Shown here piece by piece: positions 39,688 through 51,385 of a DNA stretch of 64,000 nt. The DNA is taken from the NCBI RefSeq assembly GCF_009914755.1, contig NC_060927.1, one strand, 5' to 3'. Each line of letters starts with the position of its first letter. Within the stretch, counting starts at the first letter, position 1. Both the position numbers and the translations under genes were made by a program. This DNA is from the human T2T-CHM13v2.0 reference genome, Homo sapiens. The notes beneath the pieces are model-generated. The model was not told the DNA's origin and searched no databases. It worked only from the letters and a program-made list of their open reading frames with translations.

Positions 39688-42379
39688 TGGTATAAAGATA
39701 GATACATAAATCAATGGAACAGAATCGAGAGGCCAGAAATAAATTCTTACATTTATAGTCAATTGATTTTTGGCAAAGGTGCCAAGGCAATTATTGGGGA
39801 ATGTATCCTCTGTTCAAAAAATGGTAGAGACAATAGCACAATTTTAACTTAGACTCTCACCACATACCATGCACAAAAATGACTCCAAATAGATTCACAG
39901 ACTTAAATGTAAAAGCTAAAATAATAAACTTTTACAAGAACATACAGTAGAAAAATCTTCGAGATGTGACTCAGGTAAAAAAAAATTTAGATACAACATC
40001 AAAAGCATTCTCCAAAACAGAAAAAAATTAGTAAGTTGGACTTTGTTAAAATTCAACTTATAGACTTCAAATGGCACTACTAGAAACATGAAATGACAAG
40101 CAACACACTGGGAAAAAGTATTTGCAAAATACATATCTAATAAAGGACTTTTCTCCAGAATTTATGAATAACTCCTACAATTCAATAAGACAAACCTCAA
40201 TCAAAAAATGGGCAAACTATATGGCCAGATAATTTACCAAAGAATTTAGATGAATGGTCAGTAAGTTCATGAAAAGATATTCAACTGCATTAGTCAGTTA
40301 GAAAAGGTAAATTAAAACCACAGTGAAATATCACTCTCTACCTACTACAGTAGTTAAAATTAAAGAGACAGAAAACAACAAAAGTTAGTGAGGATATAAA
40401 GAAATAGAAACTTTCATGCATTGATAATGGGACTGTAAAATGGTGTAGCTACTTTGGAAAAAGTTTGGCAGTTTCTCAAAAAGTTAACCATAGAGCTAAT
40501 ATCATCCAATAATTCCAATCCTAGGTATCTATTCAAGAGAAATGAAAACATTTGTTCACAAAGACTTACATGAATATTCACAGCAGTATTATTAATAATA
40601 GCCTCAAAGTGCAAACAATCTAAATGTCCACCAACTGGTGAACAGATTATCCACATAATAAAATACTATTCAGCATTACAAAAGAAATAACTCTTGATAT
40701 ATGCCAAGTCATAGAAGAACCTCAAAAACAGTATGCTACGAAGCCAGATACAAAGAGCCACATATCATATGATTCCATTTATATGCAATGTCCAGAAAAG
40801 GCAAACTTAGAGACTGAAAGTGAATGAGGGGTTGCCTGGGGCTGGGGGTGAGAATGGCAATTAACATCAAACAGGCATTAGGGATCTTATGGGAGGGTGA
40901 AAATGTTCCAAAAGTAATTTATGGTGATGGTTGTGGAACTCAATGAAGTTACTAAAAATCACTGAATTATACACTTGAAATGGGTAAATTAATGATACAT
41001 AAACTGCATTTCTATAAAGTTGTTTTAAGAATAACTTATTAAAAAAGAAAGCTAGCCAACAAGGACACCTATGAGAATTATCCTGGTAGGAAGCATGTGT
41101 TCTTGGGAAATTATTACAATTATGCTATTGCTACTGAACCTAAGAATAAAAAAAGTCCATCTCATTTAGACAGATTTGAAGAAAATGGGTGATATAACAT
41201 GAATCTAGTGGAATTCTAGTGGATTCTAGGGGCAGCTGTTCTCTGGATTCCTAAAGGACTGAAACAGAGAAACTAGGCACTTATCATCAGGCCATTCTTG
41301 TCACGTGAAATATAGGTACCTCCATGCAGGGGCCTTGACTGGGAATCCTCTTTCACTGACAGCTGAGTCCTTTTTATCTTGAATTTCCATGTAACTGCAG
41401 CTGAATGAATATATTGGAAAAGATGGGTCTCCTTGCTATTTCCACAGCAGAGTTTCTGTGGACATGACTATTGCCATGAGAATAATAACTAAGAAATACT
41501 CCAATCAACAGAGTAGCAAACAGATAACACAGGTCAACACAGTTCTCAAGAAATCCCAGATCAAGACTTGTCTGAAAGACAGGCTCATTGAGTTTGCAGG
41601 GATATTGTTCCTTTATAACCTAGCGACTCTCTGAAGAGAGAGACACAGTATGCCATGGTAGGATTTGTATAAAGCAAATCACAGAAGTATTTCATGTGGG
41701 CCAGTAAACAATTGGTCCAAGTTTTAACAGGAAAAAAAAAAGGTAGACTTAGGAAATTTTCTTGATTCAGAATTGAACAGAGTTTTCAGAAGTATTTCCC
41801 ATTCACAAGTGTGTTGAAACATTCTCCTCTTTAAATAGAAAATAGATGAATTGAGATAAATATATTTAAATTTCCAGAGCAATCTTGAAGAGCTGCAACA
41901 GTTTAGGGAAATGTCAAGAACACCCTCCGCTTGAGACAACTGCTCTGCTATGTAAGATGGAGATCATCTTAAGGAAATAGAAACCTTCTCGAAGAAACTT
42001 ACTGAGTGCCACATTTTTCCCAACTGTTGATTTTTGTGAATTTCAGTTGAGAGTTACTCTCACTCTGCCAACTAAATAAAAATATCTCAAACTGGGTTGG
42101 AGGCGAAAAGCATGTAAGTTGAGAAGACAGAAAATACTACAGGTTCACCTGATTCAGAGCTTGAACACTTCTAATCCTCACTAAGAATTGATAACCAAAT
42201 GCTTCAAATAAACTTCACTTGTCAATATCAGTCATTTAATTTTTATTTTATTTTTTTTTTACAAAAAGCCCAAAATGGATTAACCACCTGAGTTTAAAGA
42301 ACTCTACTGATTGATCGACCCAGGTAGATGGTCTAAGGAAAGAATTAAGTCCAACTAGGACACTCAAAAGTGAAGTGCT

Positions 42380-42644
42380 GGCCAGGTGCAGTGGCTCACA
42401 CCTGTAATCCCAGCATTTTGGGAGGCTGAGGTGAGCAGATCACTGGCCAACATGGCAAAATCTCATCTCTACTAAAAAGTACAAAAAAATTAGACAAGCA
42501 TGGTGGCACATGCCAGTACTCCCAGTCGGGAGGCTGAGGCAGGAGAAAAGCTTGAACCCAGGAGTTGGAGGTTGCAGTGAGCTGAGATCCTGCCACTGCA
42601 CTTCAGCCTTGGTGACAGAGACAGACTGTCTCAAAAAACAAAAA
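42380..42644 (+). mobile_element. AluS with ~25-bp deletion of the B-box region
   Basis: gatcact joined directly to ggccaacatgg; TSD AAAAGT(G/T)AAGTGCT. Confidence 0.92.
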
Positions 42645-43524
42645 AAAAGTTAAGTGCTTATACTGAAGTTACAAATAAGATAAAAGGACTTTTAAGGAAT
42701 ATTCTCTACTACAAAATAATTAGGACTCAGAGCAGAGCTTGGTTCATAAGTTTAAGTAGAATCATGAGCTAGAGAGAAAAAAAACGAATTGCACTAAGTA
42801 AAAGAAGACATACATGGAAATGACACAGGAGGAGAGCTGATGTAAACATTAAATTTTCACAGCTACTAAATGCTAAATAAAAGACTTTTCATATTATAGA
42901 GTTCTTAAAATCTGGTGGCATTTCAACCTGTGGAGACCTAACACATTTTGCTCAGGGCAAAAATCTGGCAGCCAAAAGAATCTCTACCAGAGCCTCTGTC
43001 TTCCCTGGATCCTTTTCCTCAAATAAGGGCAGGAATGGCAAGAAAGAAGGCAAGGAACTCTTCAGAGCCTCAGAAAGTGGTATGCAGCCAGGTACACCCC
43101 TACTGTAAAGGGGCATCCACACTACCAGCCATCATGCTACATATTTTATATGCACTTTCTCATTCAATTTTACTGAACAATGGACTTATAGTTCCATTTG
43201 CCCAAAGACCTAAAGGCCAAGATCAGGAAGGATACCCTCTCAAGATCTTAAGAGCAATAGGAAGAAGAGAAGGTGTCAAATCTGAATTTCAAAAAGCATC
43301 ATCAGTTGCAGAGTGCTTGGTGAGAGCAGGTGAAGTAAGGGGGGAAGACCAGGGGTTTATTTTGTATCTTCCTTTCTTTCTGGGCTTTTATCTCTGATTT
43401 GGTCAACATTTTTAACTCCTAACACTTCAAAATCACATCTACTTTTGGTTAAGATGATTGATTTATAAGTTACACAATGAATAAATAGCATAAACTCAAT
43501 AATATAAGGAACACAGAGTAATAT

Positions 43525-43640
43525 GTATTATATATTTTATATATATTTCATATATAAAAAATTTTACATATATCATATATAAAAAAATTTTATATATATA
43601 AAATTTTATATATATAAAATCATATATATACATATATATG
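43525..43640. repeat. (TA)-rich simple repeat
   Basis: Interrupted TA runs. Confidence 0.85.
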
Positions 43641-43773
43641 ATTTTAAAGCCTATTCTATATCCAAGAGGTAAAGAAATAGTGGCAACTAATCAAGAGTAA
43701 GCTGGTGCCTGCTGGAACTAATTTTCCAATAAGTACTTAGACAAAATAATTATGAGAATTTATGTTTTCAAAA

Positions 43774-44270
43774 TGTCTTAGATTGACTTACCTAGAAAGC
43801 AAAAGCATGTGAAAAATGTGTATGCCAAATCTTATGTGAGAGTAGAATCTCAGGGAAGCCAGAAAGAGAGGGGACAGGGCAATGAGGCCAGGGAGGAAGG
43901 AAAGGAATGCAAAATGGGATGTTGCCTAGGTGACCACGGCTGAACCGGAGATCACAGCTTTCCGGAAGCTTGGTTATGGGAGATGGGTGTCTCTAGAGAG
44001 GCCATACGAACCACTGTGTCTGGGAATCATCCCTGAAGGAAGAAGGGTGGAGATGAGGAAGAAAGACAAGGCAAGGAATTTATCTGCAGGCTTTTTCTGA
44101 CTCCCTTCTCTCACTGGTCAAAGTCAGTCAAACATTAGCGGGAACAGCCTGAGACCCAGAGGGTCTGATGGGACTGAACCTGGGCCTCAGAGGAGAAAGA
44201 GGGTTCCCAGGCAGGAGAGCAACACGGAGAGGCCAAGGGAGGTTGGGGTGACCTGGCACCAGTGTTGCCG
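43774..44270 (-). mobile_element. LTR33-like ERVL LTR
   Basis: tgtcttag terminus; ggaatttatctgcagg...cactggtcaaagt motif. Confidence 0.5.
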
Positions 44271-45162
44271 CTCTCTAAGAAGATCCAGGAACACCTGGCC
44301 TGGCATCAATTGGAACACATACAGAATATTTTCTAGGATTTTATACTGTTTTCCAAAGGCTAAAATTTCTATCTTGCAACCCTAAAATTTCCTCAGAAAG
44401 AAAGGAATTAGGAATTTCAGTATGTTATGTGCAATATCAGAATTTATAATTAAAATAAAGCTGAAAATAAAATTATTTCACCCTTAAATAAAAATTTTCC
44501 TTCCTCATTAATAGATCATTTTACAATTGAGTTTCCAGTAAGTTAAAGGGCTCATATTCACAATTTATAAATCATGGCAAGATAAGGCAATTACAAGATT
44601 AAGAGTAGAAGAATTTAGAATGTCAAGTGGCATTAATTTAAGTAGAAATAAGTTCTCTACACATAATTTAATTAATGCCAAGTGCTCATAGAGCTTTGTT
44701 TTTCTGAGATGAAACTCGAAGTTGGATGAGACTAACACAGTAATCATAGGCTAACACCCTGCCCTTCAGAACTACAAGTTTTATTGCCCATCATTTTTTA
44801 AAAATCTTATTACTCAGACTACGTGCAATATAAAATCAGGGGTAAAATTCGAACGGATGTTAATAAGCTTACTGCCACTAAATTACAAACCAAGAAACTT
44901 GCAGAGGGGTCTCTCTGTCCTGGCTTCTCTTTCTACCTGATTGGAAAGTCTGTTCTAGGAGCACAGTGATATTCCAAGCTGGGCACTAACGTCCTTCAGT
45001 GTAGCACCTAAAAGCTTTCAAACAAATCAGGGTGGTGTTAGAAAAAATCAAATTTTTTAAACTTGAACAGGGTAATGGAAAATAAAGTCCACGTCAGATA
45101 TCAAAGATACTGCGATGTTATCCTTTGAAATAAAGTTAGTATGTTTAAAAAAATTAACTTAC

Positions 45163-45219
45163 CTTGTTTATAGGAAAACACATGACATTGAGTTACAAGG
45201 TAAAATGGTACCTATTATT
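45163..45219 (-). other. Candidate 57-nt non-coding or poison cassette exon
   Basis: gtgtctttctgtttatgtatctcag| ... AAG|gtaagt; stops in all three frames. Confidence 0.4.
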
Positions 45220-47440
45220 CTGAGATACATAAACAGAAAGACACATTATTAAATATTTAAGTCACAGATGTCAGTCAGTACAACTCCACAAGACTTAAAA
45301 ATCAAGGAGGTGAGTCAACAAAAAGAAAAAAATAAAAATAAATGAGAAACCATCAAATTAGAATATACTGTAGCAAATCTCAATATATTTATGTTTTATG
45401 GTTTTATCCATCTTTATTTCTTAATTATGTTACTACTATACAACTATATCCTAATACATTTTTAAAAATCAAACTTCATGGAATAAAGAATACAACGTAA
45501 AAATCCCTCCTCTTTTTTTTCTAGCATATTCAGATAAGCAACATAGGAGAAGCCCACACCAGTACCTGTTGCCATGATATATATATTTCATTCATAACAC
45601 AGACAGATACAGCCATGTTTCGTGGCTGTGTGTATGCACTTACACATTCATATGTAAGTCTGGAAGGTCACACCACAAACTGACAAAAGTGATTACATCT
45701 GGGTGGGAAAATTTTACCTGTTCTTCTTCATATTTTATTTTTTGAAAAATTTTTCAATAAGCTTTTTTTGATTAAATTGAGGAAAAGAGTGCTAAAAAGA
45801 TAAATATAATGAAAGATACATCTTCAAAGTGGCTACCTTTATTCTTTCACCCAACATTTGCTAAGTGCCTCCTCGGGGCACTGGGAGAGATGTATGGAAG
45901 CTGGCCAAAGCTGAGTCCAGAAATGAAGCCTGAGACAACAGGCAAACGGCAGAGATTGTCCCTTGATTAACTATTATCTCTACTTCCAGGGTGCGAACGT
46001 TACCTATGGGTCATAAAATTTGAAGCTGTTTCATCTTCCAAAATCATTGGTCAGTTTTGAACACAGTTGAGTTGAATATTATAGACCGTCAATCATAATT
46101 TCACAAGTGAGTTGTCAGGGAGAAAAAAAAATTCCTATTGCACTTGGAAATGTCAAGTGTAACCCAATAAATGTCAAATTAAATTGAGCTGTTTGTGGGA
46201 AATTGTTTAGAGCTGTTTATAATAGGGGGAAAACATGCAATCATCCTAAATGGGTATATGAACAGGAAGCCTGGGAAATACCTTCCGAAAATATGACCAC
46301 CTGTATCTATTAAGAATTGTGTTTGTGTTCCTGAAATCAAGGATCCTCCCTCTCTGGTACCTTGTAAGGTAAATGGTGCTAACTTCTTCTGAAGAATACT
46401 TAATCTTTTAACACTTGGATATCCAGTCACTTTTCTAATAAAGATATTTCTCACACATGTATCTCTGTGTGCTGATGCAAAGGGAGTTACTGCGCATGTC
46501 ACCAACGCTGGTTAGCACTTTCTTTAGTCATTCCCATGGTGGTCTTTTTCTCAAGAGTAAAGTCCAAAAATGCAGATAAATTAAGAAGGCACAAGATCAA
46601 AAGTACGTAGTACCCAGCTATTTGTTAATACTGAAAATAAGACTTGGTAAGCAGATGTGTCACACACATGTCTATGGTCAACATAATGGGGCTGTCTTCT
46701 GCCATATTTGTTTGTCAAAAGGACTGGAAGGTCTGTCAATGAGAAGTGACTTTCTCTGGACACTTAATCTTTCTCTAAGAGATTAAACATTCAGTATTTT
46801 TTAGAAGAGGAGGGCATGCAATGAAGTGATGGCTGCAATTCTTTGCTTTAATTCAATCAGTATTTACTGAGCACTTTCCTGTTGCAAGTTCTTTGCACCA
46901 AAGCTGTGATGGTGAAAAGTGAGCCTTGAACTTTTCAAGCTCAAAATCAAGTTAGGAAGACAGATGAAAAGAAAACAAAGACAAAAGAATGCATGATGTA
47001 TAAAGTGCAGTGGCAGCATCTCAAAATGACGCCTAACTCGAGTATGGAAAGTCAGAGACACTTCTTGGAGTATCAGGCTAAGGAGATGTGAGCACTAAAG
47101 TACCTACGGGAGGAAAGAATAATTATAGAAAGACCCGGTGGTATTTAAGGCAACTTATAGGATTCAGTCAGGTAAGGATGACTTCTAACAATACAGTTAA
47201 TCACCAGACATGCATTTAATGTGCAGAAATGGTAAATCAGTAAGAGTTGTAAATTAGCTCCCAAAAAGTCAGAGCACTAAATATTAACTTACAATACCCA
47301 AATTAAGAAGCCAAATTAGGAACTCTGTTTAGTTCTCAGGTTAAACCAAGCTAGATCCTTTGAAAGTTTTGTACTTAACACTTAATAAGTACCAGAGAAA
47401 TTTTGCCATGTGCATGGCATATTAATATACCATATTTCTT

Positions 47441-48140
47441 TAAAAAAAACTTATTTAACATTCAGGGGTACATGTACAGTTTTGTTATACAGGTAAATTT
47501 CATGTCTCAGGGGTTTGTTATATAGATTTTTTGTCACCTAGGTAATAAGCATAGTACCTGATAGGTAGTTTTCCAATCTTCACCCTCCTCCTACCCTCCA
47601 TTTTCAAGTAGGCCTCAGTGTCTGTTGTTCTCTTCTTTGTGTCCATATGTACTCAATGTTTAGCTCCCACTTATAAGTGAGAACATGCAGTATTTGGTTT
47701 TCTGTTCCTTAGGATAGTTTGCTTAGGATAACGGCTTCCAGCTCCATGCATGTTGCTACAAGAGACATGTTCTTGCTCTTTTTTATGGTGGCATAGTATT
47801 CCATGCTATATATGTACCACATTTTCTTTATCCGGTCTACCAGTGATGGGCACCTAAGTTGATTCCATGTCTTTGCTATAGTGAATAGCGCTACAATGAA
47901 CATATATGTGCATGTGTCTTCATGGCAGAATGATTTACATTCCTTTGGGTATATACCCAATCATGGGATTGCTGGTTGAAAGGTAGTTCTGTTTTAAGTT
48001 CTTTGAGAAATCGCCAAACTGTTTTCCACAAAGGCTGAACTAATCTACATTCCCACCAGCAGTGTATAAGTGTTCCCCTCTCTCCAAAATCTTGCCAGCA
48101 TCTGCTATTTTTGACTTTTTACTAGTAGCCATTCTGACTG
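47441..48140 (-). mobile_element. 5'-truncated L1PA15/16-like 3' end
   Basis: ttcaggggtacatgt...ctcccacttataagtgagaacatgc; ORF2 C-terminal peptide MFIVALFTIAKTWNQ. Confidence 0.88.
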
Positions 48141-48805
48141 ACTACACCACACATCTAAACCATTCATTTTGGTGGAATGACATTCCCCTCCCCCCCCAAA
48201 AAAAACACCTTTTATTACATCACACGATAATTCTCCCATAAGGCAACTCTCAGTCTATTCATTTTGATGTTTGTTTTCTTCCATCAAACTTCCATCACCT
48301 CCCTCCAGTAACTCAACTGTCTCAGGGTAGTGAATGGCAGTTACTTGTATGCAGTGACAAAAGGGAAAATACCTTACACTGTCTTTCTTTTACCACTGAG
48401 TCCATGACATACCTCCCTCTCCTCTGATGCCTCAGCCTCCCACTGAGACTCACCAGTGGCCTTGGTATGTTCAATCACCAAGGCTCTGGGATACCACCTC
48501 CTGCCACACCATCTCCGGCCATGCCACTTCCAGCAGAGGGCCAAACCTGCTGCAGATGCCTCTGTCATCCATTGCCCTGTCCAAATTCCAACTTGGAAGA
48601 GCCACCCTAGGGAGAGCCACCATCCTCCCCGCTTGCCTGCCTCCTCACTGGTCTCCTGCTTCTGCTCTTGGCTCCCTACAGGCCAATTTCGGCTCAGCGA
48701 AAGGATCCTTTTAAAATATCATGTCACCTTGAGCTCAAAACCACTGCAGTTTCTCAAAGTCTTAATTTACCATAAGATCTAGCAATTTCACTGCTGGGGA
48801 TCTAC

Positions 48806-49379
48806 CTGTTTTAGTTTACTTTTGCTGTCGTGACAGATTATTACAAATGTAAAGGCTTAAAACAATGCTCATTTATTGTCTCACAGTGTTTGCAGGTCAG
48901 AAGCCTGGCAGGATGTAACTGGATTTTCTGTTTAGAGTCTCACCAAGCTAAAATCAAGCTACTGGCTGGAACTATGATTCTTATTTGCAGCTTAGAGACT
49001 TCTTCCCACCTTACTAGTTAGTGGCAGAATTCAGTTCCTTGCAGCTACAAGACTGAGGTATCCAGTTCCTTGACACAAGGCCCTCATCTTGAAGCCAACA
49101 ATGGTACATCAAATCCTTCTCAGGCTTCAAATGTCTTTGATTTCTGCTATACCTCTCTAAACTTCTCTTCTGACTTCCTCTACTTCCTCTTGTGCTTTTA
49201 AGGGCTTATGTGATCATACTGGGTCCATCTAGTTAATCCAGGATAATCTCCTGATCTTAAGGTCAACTGCATAGTAACCTCAACTACATCTGCAAAGTCC
49301 TTTTTGCCATGTAATACCACATATTCAAGGGCACAAAACTAGGGGTAAAAGTCTTGGGGCCAGAATTCTGTCTATCACA
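48806..49379 (-). mobile_element. MLT1E/F-like LTR
   Basis: ggcttaaaacaa...ggcagaattcagttccttgc...aatccaggataatctcc. Confidence 0.8.
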
Positions 49380-49934
49380 GCACCCAAGAGAAATAAAAAT
49401 ACATTCCACATAAAGACTTGGACATAAGTGTTCATAGCAGCATTAATCGTGATAGCCAAAAATTCAAATCAACATAAATATCTACCAATTGGTAAATGGA
49501 CAAAATGTGCTGTATCTATACAATGGAATACTCTTCGGTAACACAAAGAACAAACTATTAATACATTCAACAATATGAAGTAACCTCAAAAATATGATAC
49601 TAAGTGAAGGAAGCTCGACACAAGAGACCACATGCTGTAGCATTCCATTTAAAGAAAAGACAAATCTATAGGGACACAATGCAGATTAATGGTTGCTGGG
49701 GCTGGCAGGAGTAATGGGATTAACAGTAAAGGGCATAAGGAATCTTATTGGAGGATGAAATGTTTTAAAACTGGACTACAGTGATGGTTATATAACTTGG
49801 TAAATTTACTAAACATCATGGAACTAAACTTCTTTCACTTAATATCATGATACCATGTTTTTGAGGTTCATTCATGTTGTTGAATGTATTAATAGTTTGT
49901 TCTTTGTGTTGCCAAAGAGTATTCCATTGTGTGG

Positions 49935-50327
49935 TGTATTAGTCCATATAATTGAATACTCTCTGGTAACTGCTGCTATAAAGAACTGCCTGAGACTGAG
50001 TAATTTACAAAGGAAAGAGGTTTAATTAACTCACAGTTCCACATGGCTGGGGAGGCCTCAGGAAACTTACAATCATGGTAGAAGAAGAAGCAAACACATC
50101 TTTCTTTACACAGTGGCAGGAAGGGGAAGTGCCGGGCAAAGCAGGAAGAGCCCCTTATAAAACCATCAGATCTCATGCGAACTCACTCACTATCACAAGA
50201 ACAGCATGAGGGTAACTGCCCCCATGATTAAATTACCTCCCACCGGGTCCCTCCCCAAGACACATGAGGATTATGGGAACTAAAATTCAAGATGAGATTT
50301 AGGTAGGGACACAGCCAAACCATATCC
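49935..50327 (-). mobile_element. THE1C-like solo LTR
   Basis: tgtattagtcc...cagccaaaccatatc; TSD TGTGG/TATGG. Confidence 0.92.
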
Positions 50328-51006
50328 TATGGATACAGTACATTTTGTCCATTGAAGGATATACTTGAAATGGGTGAATTTTATGATATACAATATATAA
50401 CTTAATTCGCTTGTCAGAAAATTAAAAATAAATCAATAAATAAAACCATTGCAAAAGCCAGCACCCCTCTAGTTGCATACAGAGCCCTACAGGTTATTCT
50501 CCATGCTCCAATTTCACCTCATGTCCCACAGCTTGCTTGCTCTCTTTCTCTAATCACCTGATACCTCCAGGAACATTCCTGCCTCAGGAACTTTCCAATT
50601 GATCCCACCAATCCAGTCCTTCGAATTAGGTTAAAGTTGCTTTGGCTCCAACTCTCTCTTAAATTAGTTGTGAAAACACATGGTCTTGACCATGGAAAGA
50701 ACATGAAGCGGACACTCAGTGCTCCTCTCTGCTCCCTTTGTGCTCCAATGGGATAAGGGAACATATAATGAAAAATGATGGCACTGTAAATACTGGTACA
50801 AGTTAAGTATTATGATGCTTAGAGAGCAGGCAAAGGACATTCTTCAGAACACGGATATTCCATCATCTGTCTCCAGCTGCCACTGGATGCCAATAAGCCA
50901 CTAGAATGTAAGAGCTGACTACACCAGGAATGTACATATCACCATCATGCTGATGCTTCTCCCAGCTACCACTCATGTTCCCTTGTCCACCAAGAGTACT
51001 GCTTTA

Positions 51007-51385
<379 letters not shown>

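Larger units (their letters stand above)
38040..41040 (+). mobile_element. Old L1 (L1MB/ME-like) ORF2 plus 3'UTR, interrupted by LTRs
   Basis: Degenerate ORF2 on both sides of 38778-39687; L1M 3'UTR motifs. Confidence 0.85.
48770..50440 (+). mobile_element. L1MB/ME-like 3' fragment hosting two LTRs and an inverted self-copy
   Basis: L1M 3'UTR motifs continue across the insertions. Confidence 0.75.

Noticed and set aside
48528-48546. CTCF-like core ccagcagagggc
   Set aside because: A single partial motif match is not enough without ChIP data
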